A stretch of 64,000 nucleotides of DNA from Bradymonadia bacterium (GTDB lineage: Bacteria > Myxococcota_A > Bradymonadia > UBA7976 > UBA1532), in NCBI GenBank assembly GCA_046290225.1, contig JBKAGE010000039.1:64001-128000 (forward strand). Reading direction: 5' to 3'. Under the pieces are notes generated by a model, which worked only from the letters and a program-made list of their open reading frames with translations, was not told the origin of the DNA and searched no databases. The position numbers were made by a program, and so were the translations under genes. Within the stretch, counting starts at the first letter, position 1; each line of letters opens with the position of its first letter. Below are positions 1-9,724 of this stretch, one piece after another.

Positions 1-450
1 AAACTCGATGGGGGCATAGAGCGCGTCGGCCTCTCGACCCGTCAGATCGGTCTCACGGCCGTCCGGGTATTGAGCCTGGGCGCGATACTTGATCAGGTTG
101 AACATGTAGAAGGGCCCCTCGAGGGGGGCGTCGACCATCCGCTGCCGCTGCGCGGAGTTCGCGGCACCAAAAGAGGGGTCGGGCCCCCCTGAGGCTGCGT
201 CGAGCACGTGGGCATATCGTTCGATGTTGGCCGGATCGGCACACAGGTCCGCCCTGAGCTCGATCACTGGGGTGTCGGCAGCATCAGGCGCCGGCGTGCT
301 TGCGTCTTCAGGGGAAGGCCCCTGCGCCATGTCCATCGCGATCTCAGGGCTGGCGTCAGACTGGGGGGTGGTCTGGGTGTCATCCTCTTCAGTACACGCC
401 AGCAGAGGAATACATGCGAGCAAGAGTGTCAGGGGGCGTCTCACGTTCAT
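1..450 (-). CDS. Lipoprotein with DUF1330-like domain, truncated at left window edge
   Basis: Not in the ORF track because it runs off the edge. Manual translation from ATG at 450 (AGGAG immediately upstream) gives MNVRRPLTLLLACIPLLAC, an acidic linker, then GPFYMFNLIKYRAQAQYPDGRETDLTGREADALY, open to position 1. Confidence 0.75.
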   Translation of the reverse strand, partial: MNVRRPLTLLLACIPLLACTEEDDTQTTPQSDASPEIAMDMAQGPSPEDASTPAPDAADTPVIELRADLCADPANIERYAHVLDAASGGPDPSFGAANSAQRQRMVDAPLEGPFYMFNLIKYRAQAQYPDGRETDLTGREADALYAPIEF

Positions 451-521
451 CTCCTGATGTGTTGACAAAGGGTCGAGCTGCTCTTGAGCTCAAGGTAACG
501 CATGTCTGGTCAACACTTCGG

Positions 522-540
522 AAACGCTACAAAACGCTAC
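522..540. promoter_or_regulatory. Tandem direct repeat AAACGCTAC x2 (10-bp period), candidate regulator site
   Basis: Exact 9-mer at 522-530 and 532-540, about 70 nt upstream of the lipoprotein start. Confidence 0.3.
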
Positions 541-659
541 GGAAGTCACCTCGGAAGGGGCTCAGCGGATGCCAGGGCGGGTTCGGTCTTGAGGGGGATA
601 TCACTGTCAGGCGCGTGGAGCAGCCGAATGAGCAGTGCTGAGCCAGCACCGCACATGCT

Positions 660-1859
660 TCAGGAGGCGCGCTCGAGGGGAGCAGGCTGCTTTCGGCCGA
701 GGGCGTTGATGATGCGATCTGCGGCGTTTCGAGCACCGGCGATGTTCCTCGCCGTGGGCCCCAGCTCCAGCTCTGCGAGGGGTCCCATGACGTGCACGCG
801 GGGGTGCCAGCGCAGATCAGCGTTCACGATGGGGTAACCACAGGCTGCCGTAGGCAAGCCCGCAGCATCGATCAGGTCGTCGACCAGCGCGCCACCAGGG
901 CGCGCTGTGTCGAAGCCTGTGGCGAGGAGAACGCGCGACACCTGAGGCCTCTCTGGCGTCGTCAAGTTCAGCTGCACAGCATCGCCGGCTGCTTCGAGCC
1001 CTTCGATCTCCGCTTCGTGCCAGGTGAGAGCGCCGCTCTGAATGGCGCGTTGGAGCGCCCGACGCACATCCGGAGGCACCGAGCCTCGATGTCGTGCCCG
1101 TTGGATCATCGCCCGGCGGCGATCCAGATCCTTCTCGTGGTTGTACTGCACCATGTACTTCGGACCGAGCCAGCCCGGATCACTGTCGAACTGGTGCTGG
1201 CGCAGGGCATGGCGCGAGACGAGGTGCACCGGATGCCCTGCCTTGAGCAGGCGCAGCGCCACTTGCCCTGCAGAGATCCCACCGCCGACCACGGCCACAG
1301 GAGACTCGCCATCAGTGGGCCAGCCGTTGAAGTCGCGGGCGAAGATGTGATGCACGTGAGGGTGGTCTCGAGGTGCCCAGGCGGGCCACATCGGGTGCTC
1401 GCTGGCGCCGAGGGCCAGCACCACGTTCTGGGCTTCGAGCGAGCGGCCAGAAGCAGTCGTCACCACGACACCTTCATCATTCACGGCGCAGGACACAGCG
1501 AGATCCTGCAGGTGGCACTGGCGGAGCGCATAGGTGTCGATCACCCGCTCACAGTGTGCGTTGAACAGGCTCAGAGCAGGTCGATTGTAGGGGGCCGCGA
1601 ACAGCCCGGGCTTGCGGGACCTGCGCTTTCCGGCGAACTGCTGAAGCGACCAGGGGCCCAGGTCGAGGTGATGCACCGCAGGAGAGCGCAGGTGCGTCAT
1701 ACCTGTGGTGGCGCTGCATTGTCGCCACCGCGAAAGCAGCGTCTCGGCAGGATCCAGAATGCAGATCTGCTCTGCGTCGATGTCACCTTCGGCGACGAGG
1801 CGGACGGCCATGTGTACGCCATGAAGCCCCCCTCCGATGATCAGCCATGTGTGGCCCAT
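660..1859 (-). CDS. FAD/NAD(P)-binding oxidoreductase (lysine N6-hydroxylase-like flavoprotein)
   Basis: N-terminal IIGGGLHG and second VVGGGISAG Rossmann motifs, LLATGF, late GPLAELELGP; GGAG RBS before ATG 1859. Confidence 0.85.
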   Translation of the reverse strand: MGHTWLIIGGGLHGVHMAVRLVAEGDIDAEQICILDPAETLLSRWRQCSATTGMTHLRSPAVHHLDLGPWSLQQFAGKRRSRKPGLFAAPYNRPALSLFNAHCERVIDTYALRQCHLQDLAVSCAVNDEGVVVTTASGRSLEAQNVVLALGASEHPMWPAWAPRDHPHVHHIFARDFNGWPTDGESPVAVVGGGISAGQVALRLLKAGHPVHLVSRHALRQHQFDSDPGWLGPKYMVQYNHEKDLDRRRAMIQRARHRGSVPPDVRRALQRAIQSGALTWHEAEIEGLEAAGDAVQLNLTTPERPQVSRVLLATGFDTARPGGALVDDLIDAAGLPTAACGYPIVNADLRWHPRVHVMGPLAELELGPTARNIAGARNAADRIINALGRKQPAPLERAS

Positions 1860-1873
1860 GCACACTCCGTTTG

Positions 1874-1934
1874 ATGCAACTCAATTGCGTAAAAGCAATA
1901 ATTGCAACCACAGTGCATATGCAAGTCGTTTGGC
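1874..1934. promoter_or_regulatory. Three TGCAA-N5-TTGC-like boxes, candidate Fur/Zur-family operator
   Basis: ATGCAACTCAATTGCGTA (1874-1891), TGCAACCACAGTGCA (1903-1917), TGCAAGTCGTTTGGC (1920-1934). The first matches the site upstream of the Fur-family gene at 16/18. Confidence 0.7.
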
Positions 1935-1947
1935 TTTGTTGGGACCT

Positions 1948-2403
1948 CTAAGCCTGCTCCGAGTGGTGGACATGGTCTCGGAAGGCCACGGAGAAGCCTT
2001 CGAGCACCGAGCCCATCTTGCCTTCAAGGGCATTGCGCATGGGAGCGGATTTCTCCGAGAGCACAAAGAGCGCTTTGCCTACGAGCCGGCAGCGGGTGGC
2101 ATCGAGAGGCTCGATCTCCCAGTCGTTGCGCATGTGGGTGAACATTGGAGGCAGGGTCTCGCTCATCTCGTAGGTCAGAGCCTGTTGTCCGCGATCGAAG
2201 CGCGTGAGCTTTTGACGCACTGTGCCGAGGCTGGGGGTCTGGTTCACTCGAACACAGCCCTTGGTGAGAGGGCCCTCCAGGGCGCTGGCGTCGATGCCCG
2301 GGGCCCAGTCGGCCCACTCGCCGAATCCCTCGCCGAAGATCGCCCAGGCAGTCTCAGCAGAGGCGTTAATGTCAACAGTGGTGTGAATGATCATCTCGGA
2401 CAT
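1948..2403 (-). CDS. SRPBCC / polyketide cyclase-like protein
   Basis: 151 aa; TVDINASAETAWAIFG..FGEWADWAPGI pattern and C-terminal helix typical of START/SRPBCC. Confidence 0.85.
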   Translation of the reverse strand: MSEMIIHTTVDINASAETAWAIFGEGFGEWADWAPGIDASALEGPLTKGCVRVNQTPSLGTVRQKLTRFDRGQQALTYEMSETLPPMFTHMRNDWEIEPLDATRCRLVGKALFVLSEKSAPMRNALEGKMGSVLEGFSVAFRDHVHHSEQA

Positions 2404-2528
2404 GGTCTCGGCTCCTGCTCAGCGTTGTCGAAAGAAGCAGTCCCTCAGGGGACGATTCGACCCTAGGGCGCTGAGTGGGCAAGAGGAAGAGCCGCTGGTT
2501 GACCAGGGGGGCACGAAAATGTGCAGGG

Positions 2529-3509
2529 TCAGCCGCCTCGAGTCTCGAGAAACAGGTAGGCGCCACCATGGATGTTCTTGATGTAGGTGGGCCAGGCGGT
2601 CTTGCTCGTGGGCTTGATGATGCGCTGCTCATAGAAGCTGCCCTTGTGACTCACCATGGCGATCAGGCTCTCCATGTAGATGCGCAGAGGCACAGGGTGG
2701 GCTGAGGTGAGAGCGGCCCAGTGATCGCTGGCGTAGATCACCTTAACGGTCTGGTCCTTGGGATCAGCGTAGAGGGCGGCGCCGTGATAGGGGTGAAAGA
2801 TGTCGAAGGGGTACAGGCGCTCGTAGAACTCGGTGGCCCCTACCTTGAGGGTGCCGATCTTGAGCTTCTCTTTGGGCCCATAGCAGCTCTCGCCGGTGAG
2901 CCGGGCCTTGGCAGGCTGCAGAAAGATGTCGCTCCACGAGGGGATGCCGATGGTGGAGAGCGCCGTGGCGTCATGGGCCGCCGCGTACAGAGGGTGGCTC
3001 ATGTCGGCGAGGGTGGCATAGGGCAGAACCGTCTCGGGGAAGCTGGGCGCCTCCGCCTTCCTTTTGATCTCGGCCCCCACCATCGACAGGCCATTGAACT
3101 GGCCCATGAGCGTGCGCAAATCGTCGGGCAGCGGGAAGCCGATGGCCTCCTCTACCCGGGTCATGAGCGCCTCGTCCGCTGGGGCACCGGCGGCAAGGTG
3201 GTACACCATCTTCTTTCGGTAGTCGGCGAACTGCTCTTGGAACGCCTTGAGGGCGCCTTGCATGCGCTCGAGGTAACCCTCGAGGGAGCCGCCGAGATCA
3301 TCGAGCTGCAGGATGGTTTTTCCCTTCTCGATGGCCTTGGCCACCTTGGGGCCCTCGGGATCAGACGTCAGGATGGCGTTGGATGAGGGAAAGCTCCCGG
3401 CGACCCGAGCGCCCTGGCCCAAAATCAGGGCGTTGAGCTCTTCTTTTTTGAAGCCGTCAAAGCGGCCACTCACGTACACGTTAAGAGATTGCCAGTCGAT
3501 CGTACTCAC
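2529..3509 (-). CDS. BRCT-like domain fused to SMI1/KNR4 (SUKH) domain
   Basis: N-term VYVSGRFDGFKKEELNALILGQGARVAGS...GPKVAKAIEKGKTIL resembles the ligase-type BRCT; GAPADEALMTRVEEAIGFPLPDDLRTLMGQFNG is the SMI1/KNR4 signature. Confidence 0.7.
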   Translation of the reverse strand: MSTIDWQSLNVYVSGRFDGFKKEELNALILGQGARVAGSFPSSNAILTSDPEGPKVAKAIEKGKTILQLDDLGGSLEGYLERMQGALKAFQEQFADYRKKMVYHLAAGAPADEALMTRVEEAIGFPLPDDLRTLMGQFNGLSMVGAEIKRKAEAPSFPETVLPYATLADMSHPLYAAAHDATALSTIGIPSWSDIFLQPAKARLTGESCYGPKEKLKIGTLKVGATEFYERLYPFDIFHPYHGAALYADPKDQTVKVIYASDHWAALTSAHPVPLRIYMESLIAMVSHKGSFYEQRIIKPTSKTAWPTYIKNIHGGAYLFLETRGG

Positions 3510-3588
3510 CGAGATCTCCTCTGAAAGGGCTGATGGCGTGAGCGAGGATCGTGCGACGAGCGCTACAGATGATCAAGTGTCCATCATC

Positions 3589-3605
3589 TTCAAAAAAATA
3601 TTGAA
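3589..3605. promoter_or_regulatory. AT-rich palindrome TTCAA-N7-TTGAA upstream of oxidoreductase operon
   Basis: TTCAA AAAAATA TTGAA in the divergent intergenic region. Confidence 0.45.
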
Positions 3606-3742
3606 AGAGATGTTGAATCGCATTGCTTCTCCTGGCTCTTGCACCTGGGTACTTTCAAATTATCACCACATGTCGCCATGTCGTCATTGGGGCGTGACTG
3701 CCTTATGGCCTGATGGTTGGCGTTCGACAGAGGAGACAGGAC

Positions 3743-4732
3743 ATGAAAGCACAACTCATCCGTACGAATGGAGCCGCTGAGGTCTTTGAAGAGGTGGAGA
3801 TCGAGCGCCCCGTCGCCGGCCCGGGTCAGGTGCTGGTGAAGATCGCTGCCTCCAGTGTGAACACTGCTGATTTGATGGCTCGATCCATGGGGCCGGTGGT
3901 GGACTTTATCCCCACGCCTCCAGCGGTGCTCGGGATGGACTTCTCTGGCACTGTAGAAGCTGTGGGCGAAGGGGTCGATGGATACTCCGTGGGTGACTCT
4001 GTTTATGGCTGCGCCGGCGGAGTCGCACATCATCAGGGCACGTTGGCAGAGTACATCGCTGCTGACGCACGGCTGATCGCACAGGCACCAGAGTCGCTCT
4101 CGATGGCAGAGGCTGCTGCGCTGCCCCTCGTCTCGATCACCGCGTTCGAGGCCCTCTTCGATCGTATGGGCATCAGAGCAGGTCAGAGTGTTCTCGTACA
4201 CGGCGGGGCTGGCGGGGTTGGTCATGTGGCGGTTCAGCTGGCTGTAGCTGCCGGCGCGAAGGTGTATGCCACCGACAGCGGCGAAGGGCGTCTCGCCGCG
4301 ATCGCCGAGTTGGGGGCCACGCCCATCGACTATGCTGCAGAGTCTGTAGAAGACTATGTGGCACGATACACCGACGGCAAAGGGTTCGACGGGGTGTTCG
4401 ACACCGTGGGGGGACCCAACATCTCCACCTCGATGGCTGCGGTGAAGCTCAACGGTCAGGTGGCCACGACGGTCTCCATCGGTGAGGTGGATCTCACCAT
4501 GGCTCACCTGCGTGGTGCGACGCTGCACGTCATCTACATGCTGATCCCTCTCATTCACGATCATGGTGCTGCACGCCATGGGGAGATCCTCGACACACTC
4601 GCAACCCTGGTGGACGACGGCAAGGTCAAGCCCATCGTCGACACCGTGTTCCCCCTGGCGCAGGCCGCAGACGCCCACCGCAAGCTCGAGAGCAAGACCA
4701 CCCTGGGCAAGGTGGTCGTCGAGGTGAGCTGA
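3743..4732 (+). CDS. MDR-family (zinc-type alcohol dehydrogenase/quinone reductase-like) oxidoreductase
   Basis: MKAQLI start after AGGAG; VLGMDFSGTV, HGGAGGVGH, GKVVV motifs. Confidence 0.9.
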   Translation: MKAQLIRTNGAAEVFEEVEIERPVAGPGQVLVKIAASSVNTADLMARSMGPVVDFIPTPPAVLGMDFSGTVEAVGEGVDGYSVGDSVYGCAGGVAHHQGTLAEYIAADARLIAQAPESLSMAEAAALPLVSITAFEALFDRMGIRAGQSVLVHGGAGGVGHVAVQLAVAAGAKVYATDSGEGRLAAIAELGATPIDYAAESVEDYVARYTDGKGFDGVFDTVGGPNISTSMAAVKLNGQVATTVSIGEVDLTMAHLRGATLHVIYMLIPLIHDHGAARHGEILDTLATLVDDGKVKPIVDTVFPLAQAADAHRKLESKTTLGKVVVEVS

Positions 4733-4790
4733 GCACTCTACACAGATATGAGCCCTCATACCTCTCACTGAAGACACATGGAGCCCAGTC

Positions 4791-5570
4791 ATGACACGGA
4801 CAGGCACGGTCAACTATCACGTTCACAGTGATGAGCGGCAGGCGTATCACATCGATGCCGGGGGAGTATCGGGCAAGCTCATCTCACCGAGTCATGTCGT
4901 CACTGATGTATGTGTACGAGATGTGCGTCTGGGCGAGGCGTCGGTCAGCTTCTCTCGAGACAGCGTCACCTTCGAGCATGCGCCCACACAGGCGAACATC
5001 AATCGAGAAGACGAGACCTGGCGGCCGGTCTACGACGAAGAGCTGATCGGCCTCTTGTGGCGTACTTTGGGGGTCAAGGAGGTGATCGTCTTCGATCACA
5101 CCGTTCGAGTGGATGATCCACAGGCCACCCGCAAACCAGCCCGCAACGTGCACACCGACTACAGTCCTGAGGGGGCGCGTCGACGCCTGGACGACATCCT
5201 CGGTGCGCCGAAGGCCGCAGAGTGGGCTCGAGGTCACTATGCATTCATCAATGTCTGGCGTCCGATCGGTGATCCCATCAACAGCGCGCCTCTGGGCTTT
5301 GTCCGCCCCTCCACTGTGCCCGAGAGCGATTGGGTGTTGATCGACCTCGTGTATCCTGATCGCATCGGTCACATCATGGGCCTCGTGGCCAATGATGATC
5401 ACGAGTGGGTGTATCAGTCGAGCATGACCCCCGACGAGGTAGCTGTGTTCAACATCTATGACAATCGCGGGTTGCCCTCCATCGGGCACAGCGCTCTCGA
5501 TCTCGTGGAGCGCGAGGACGTGCACACTGTGCGCAGAAGCATCGAGAGCCGCACGCTGGTGCGGTATTGA
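4791..5570 (+). CDS. CmcJ/NvfI/AsaB-family oxidoreductase
   Basis: FDHTVR, VHTDYS, INVWRPI, PLGF, HSA, RRSIESR motifs characteristic of this family. Confidence 0.8.
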   Translation: MTRTGTVNYHVHSDERQAYHIDAGGVSGKLISPSHVVTDVCVRDVRLGEASVSFSRDSVTFEHAPTQANINREDETWRPVYDEELIGLLWRTLGVKEVIVFDHTVRVDDPQATRKPARNVHTDYSPEGARRRLDDILGAPKAAEWARGHYAFINVWRPIGDPINSAPLGFVRPSTVPESDWVLIDLVYPDRIGHIMGLVANDDHEWVYQSSMTPDEVAVFNIYDNRGLPSIGHSALDLVEREDVHTVRRSIESRTLVRY

Positions 5571-5586
5571 GCCTCTGGAGCACACC

Positions 5587-6546
5587 ATGCACGCTCAACA
5601 GTCCTTTCCCGAGATCAACCGAGCCTATAACTCGGTCTTTCAAGTCGGGCGTCTGACCATCGGGCTCGTTGTGCCCATCGAGTCGTATCCCATCGGCGCA
5701 GCCCCGAGCATGGCGCGGCACCTCGAGCGGGTCAGGCTCGCAGAGGCTCTGGGTTTCTCTGCTGTATGGCTGCGCGATGTGCCCTTCGACGTACCGTCGT
5801 TCGGAGACGTGGGGCAGGTCTTCGATCCCTTTGTCTATTTGGGGGCGCTGGCGGCGACGACAGAGAAGATCGCCCTGGGTGTGGCCAGCGTCATCCTGCC
5901 TCTGCGTCACCCCGCTCATGTGGCCAAGGCTGCAGCGTCAGCTGATGTGCTCTCTGACGGTCGAGTGCTCCTGGGCATCGCCTCAGGTGATCGGCCAGAA
6001 GAGTATCCGGCGCTCAACCATACGTTCCCGGATCGGGGGGAGCGTTTTCGCGAGAGCATGCGTTACATCCGCGCCATGGCAGAAGAGACACCGCGCTTCT
6101 CTAATCTGTACGGCACCCTCTCCGGGGCCATCGACATGCTGCCCAAACCTCGAGGGGGGCGATTGCCCCTGCTCGTCACTGGTGGAAGTCAGCAATCACC
6201 AGAATGGGTGGCGAGGCATGGCGACGGCTGGATGACATACCCACGGGATGTCGCCGGCCAGGGCCGTGTCGTGGCGGCGTATCGACGCCGCATCGCCGAG
6301 ACTGGTGGTCACAACAAGCCGGTGATGCAGTCGCTCTACATCGATCTGCTCGGGGATCCGGATGCACCCCCCCGACCCATTCATCTGGGCTTTCGGTCAG
6401 GGGTGAGTCATCTACGGGCGTACCTGCGCGCGCTGCAGGCACAGGGCGTGAACCATGTGGCTCTGAATCTGCGTTTCAACACTGCTGACATCGAAGAGAC
6501 TTTGAGGCGGCTCGCCGAGGCGTTGCTGCCAGACTTCACGCGTTGA
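5587..6546 (+). CDS. Luciferase-like (LLM class) flavin oxidoreductase, TIGR03571-type
   Basis: GFSAVWLRDVPF..PSFGDVGQVFDPFVYLG, LPLRHP, GIASGDRPEEYP, GVNHVALNLRF. Confidence 0.88.
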   Translation: MHAQQSFPEINRAYNSVFQVGRLTIGLVVPIESYPIGAAPSMARHLERVRLAEALGFSAVWLRDVPFDVPSFGDVGQVFDPFVYLGALAATTEKIALGVASVILPLRHPAHVAKAAASADVLSDGRVLLGIASGDRPEEYPALNHTFPDRGERFRESMRYIRAMAEETPRFSNLYGTLSGAIDMLPKPRGGRLPLLVTGGSQQSPEWVARHGDGWMTYPRDVAGQGRVVAAYRRRIAETGGHNKPVMQSLYIDLLGDPDAPPRPIHLGFRSGVSHLRAYLRALQAQGVNHVALNLRFNTADIEETLRRLAEALLPDFTR

Positions 6547-6560
6547 GAGGACCCCTTCAT

Positions 6561-7358
6561 ATGTCGAAGATCATCTGTATCACTGGCGCCACTGATGGCA
6601 TTGGCAAGCTGACAGCACAAATGCTGGCGTCGCAGGGCCACACCATCCTGCTGCATGGCCGTAACCCGTCCAAGCTCGATGCTGTCGCTCAAGAGATCGA
6701 TGGGCAGACAGAGCAATACATCGCTGATTTGTCGAACATGCGCGATGTCGAGGCCATGGCCAATGAGATTGTGCACCGCCACGATCGCCTCGATGTGCTC
6801 ATCAACAACGCGGGTGTCTTGAAGACGGCTCACACGAAGACCCGTGAGGGCCTCGACATCCGGTTCGTGGTCAACACTCTGGCACCCTACGTGCTGACCC
6901 ATCGCCTGCTGCCCATCATGCCTAAGGACGGTCGGGTGGTGAACCTGTCCTCAGCGGCTCAAGCACCTGTGAACCCGGAGGCCATGGCCGGGCGGCTCAC
7001 CCTCGACGACATGGGGGCCTATTCGCAGAGCAAGCTCGCCATCACCATCTGGACACAAGAACTCGCGAAGGTGTTGTCCGAAGGCCCTGTCGTGGTGTCG
7101 GTGAACCCGGGATCTCTGCTCGCCTCGAAGATGGTGAAAGAAGGCTTTGGCATCGCCGGCAATGATCTCAGCATCGGCGCCGAGATTCTGTGCAAGGCTG
7201 CCCTGGACGACAGTTTTGCCCATGCATCTGGGCTGTACTTCGACAATGATGCCCGACGATTCGGACCTCCACACTCCGCTGCGGGCAATCCGGCCCACGT
7301 GGAGATGGTGATGAAGGCCATCGAAGAGGCTCTGGTGCTGCTGTCTCCTGACAACTGA
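6561..7358 (+). CDS. SDR-family oxidoreductase
   Basis: ITGATDGIG, LINNAG, YSQSK catalytic YxxxK. Confidence 0.9.
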   Translation: MSKIICITGATDGIGKLTAQMLASQGHTILLHGRNPSKLDAVAQEIDGQTEQYIADLSNMRDVEAMANEIVHRHDRLDVLINNAGVLKTAHTKTREGLDIRFVVNTLAPYVLTHRLLPIMPKDGRVVNLSSAAQAPVNPEAMAGRLTLDDMGAYSQSKLAITIWTQELAKVLSEGPVVVSVNPGSLLASKMVKEGFGIAGNDLSIGAEILCKAALDDSFAHASGLYFDNDARRFGPPHSAAGNPAHVEMVMKAIEEALVLLSPDN

Positions 7359-7376
7359 AGGTGAAAAATATTGCGT

Positions 7377-8219
7377 ATGAATACCCTGACCATCTCTGCC
7401 CTTGTCGTCCTCGTCACTGCATGCTCTGGCGCCCCAAGAGCTGAAGAGGGTGCACAGGCGGCTGGCGGGGCATCACCGAACACGCAGATTCACCTTGCCT
7501 CCGAGGTCCAGTGGGAGCAGCTCAACCCTGCCCGAGGCGACAAGAGCCCCCGAGCGGCTACGCTGTGGGGTGATCGAAAAGGTGCAGTGGCCACCGGGTT
7601 TCTGGTGCGCTTCGTCGATGGCTTCGAGTCACCACCTCATCTGCACAATGTGGCCTATCGTGGTGTGGTCATCCGTGGGCAAATCCACAACGACGACCCC
7701 TCGGCAGAGGAGATGTGGATGCCCACCGGTTCATTCTGGACCCAACCAGAGGGCGGGGTGCACATCACCTCTGCCAAAGGCGAAGACACCGTGGCCTATA
7801 TCGAGATCGAGCAGGGCCCTTATCTGGTTTTGCCCACTGAGAAGGCCTTCGAGGGCAAGCAGAAACCGGTCAACATCGATGCCTCGAACATTGTGTGGCA
7901 GCCAGTGTCCTCCACACATACTTCGGCCGAGGATCCATACATTGCCCATGTCTGGGGAAAGCCTTGGGGCGAGCACTTGAACGGCGCGCTTCTGAAATGG
8001 CCCGCTGGTTCGACAGTGCATGTGCGTGGCAATGACCAGATGCTCCGTGCAGTGGTGATCGAGGGTGGTGTTCGCCATCCGCTGGCCAGTGAGGCCATGG
8101 CACCGGGGGGTCACCTCGTTTCAGAAGGGGATGGAACGCATCGTCTGACGTGCGAGGCTAAGCCTGGGTGCCTCGTCTACATACGCGCCAGAGGCAGGGT
8201 CGATGTGACCAGACCTTGA
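7377..8219 (+). CDS. DUF4437 cupin-like lipoprotein
   Basis: Lipobox [49 protein letters not shown]. Confidence 0.8.
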   Translation: MNTLTISALVVLVTACSGAPRAEEGAQAAGGASPNTQIHLASEVQWEQLNPARGDKSPRAATLWGDRKGAVATGFLVRFVDGFESPPHLHNVAYRGVVIRGQIHNDDPSAEEMWMPTGSFWTQPEGGVHITSAKGEDTVAYIEIEQGPYLVLPTEKAFEGKQKPVNIDASNIVWQPVSSTHTSAEDPYIAHVWGKPWGEHLNGALLKWPAGSTVHVRGNDQMLRAVVIEGGVRHPLASEAMAPGGHLVSEGDGTHRLTCEAKPGCLVYIRARGRVDVTRP

Positions 8220-8333
8220 GGCACTTCTGTGAGCGCCTGCACTGGATACGTTGTGCCATACAACCGCAGGGTTTGGTGTTGAGAAGCATGTGCCTTCTGG
8301 CGTGTGGTCGAGGCATCAACTACGTTTCGCCGC

Positions 8334-9626
8334 ATGAAGACGCGCTGGATCTCTGTCGTGGTGTTGTTGACGTGCGGCTGCACTCACATCAACAAAGCAT
8401 CATCCCCACCCGAAGCTGAGTTGACTGCACCTGCCCTCGAAGCCAGCCTGAAGGTGGTCGTCGACGGGCCCGGCTCGGTCTCTGTCGAGGGCCGAGCGCG
8501 CTATCATGTGCCCGCCGCGCCCTCGCGCACCTTGATCCTCGATGCGCCCGACTATGATGAGGTGACGGTCACTGGGCCATCAGGGGTTGCTGGGCGGTAC
8601 GATGGCGAGCGCATCACCATCAATTACGGGCAAATGCCACCTGAGTTGCCCGACGTCACCTTTACGATCGAATACACCACCCGCCCTGCCAAAGGCGTCG
8701 TTGTTTCTGAGCGTGGTGTCTGGACTGCGTTCTCGACCTGGCACTGGTTGCCTGTGAAGAAAGATCCGAGTTGGCGTGTACGCGCACAGTTGCACGTACA
8801 AGGGCCCCAAGGGTGGACCACTCTGGCGACAGGTGACGGGCCGGAGCGCCCCGGGCCAGACATCGCGAGCCACCTCCCTCATCCGGCATACACGCTCGGC
8901 TTCGTGTCAGGCCAGCTTGCTTCGGAGGTGCGTCGCGGGCCGCACTCAGTGTGGGGCTTGCCCCCAGATCAGGCGCAACATGTGCTCGAACTGACCGAGC
9001 AGGCCCACGCTCGGTTGAAGGCGCGCTTCGGCGATGTGTGGGCCCTACCCCATGGCTATGTGCAGGTCTTCGTGCCCGGTCGGGCGATGCAGGAGCTCGC
9101 GGGCATGGCGTTCTTGTCGGGCAAGTACATCGACACGATCGTCAAAGACCCCAAAGAAGACTGGTTGATCGTGCACGAGCTGGCCCATCAGCTGTGGGGC
9201 AACCTCGTCACGTGCAAGACCTGGGGGGACTTCTGGCTCAACGAGGCCGTGGTGACGTGGTGGGTTGGGCACGACAAAGGCCTGCGAGGTGACGAGGCTG
9301 GCCATCAACGAGAGCTGGCTCTGTGGCAGAAGCGTACAGCTCGCACGCTCACCCGGGGCGGAGATGTGAGGATCCATCGGCCCGGGGTCTCCGAGGCCGA
9401 GGCTGGAGGCAGCATCGTCTACAACGCTGGGGCGACCCTCATTGAACGGATCGCGGTCATGATGGGGCATGAAGCGTTCGAGCGCCGGCTGGCCGCCTGG
9501 ATGCGGGCGGGTCTCACAGAAGGCGTCTCTCTCGGGACCTCGGACTTCATCGAGTCGCTCGAACTCGAGGGGCATCGGGAGACCGAGGTGCTTCGCATGT
9601 TGAAGGATGCACACACGCTGCAGTGA
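8334..9626 (+). CDS. M1-family zinc aminopeptidase, exported/lipoprotein
   Basis: HELAHQLWGNLVTCKTWGDFWLNEA (HEXXH-X18-E); N-terminal signal with Cys; the GAMEN position reads RAMQE. Confidence 0.85.
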   Translation: MKTRWISVVVLLTCGCTHINKASSPPEAELTAPALEASLKVVVDGPGSVSVEGRARYHVPAAPSRTLILDAPDYDEVTVTGPSGVAGRYDGERITINYGQMPPELPDVTFTIEYTTRPAKGVVVSERGVWTAFSTWHWLPVKKDPSWRVRAQLHVQGPQGWTTLATGDGPERPGPDIASHLPHPAYTLGFVSGQLASEVRRGPHSVWGLPPDQAQHVLELTEQAHARLKARFGDVWALPHGYVQVFVPGRAMQELAGMAFLSGKYIDTIVKDPKEDWLIVHELAHQLWGNLVTCKTWGDFWLNEAVVTWWVGHDKGLRGDEAGHQRELALWQKRTARTLTRGGDVRIHRPGVSEAEAGGSIVYNAGATLIERIAVMMGHEAFERRLAAWMRAGLTEGVSLGTSDFIESLELEGHRETEVLRMLKDAHTLQ

Positions 9627-9724
9627 GGCAGGTCGTCTTCTTTGCCCGATGACCCTTGCCCACGGCAGTCAGCGTCGTTCACTGTGATGCCCACTGCCGG
9701 CATTCACCTCGGCAAGGAGGCACT

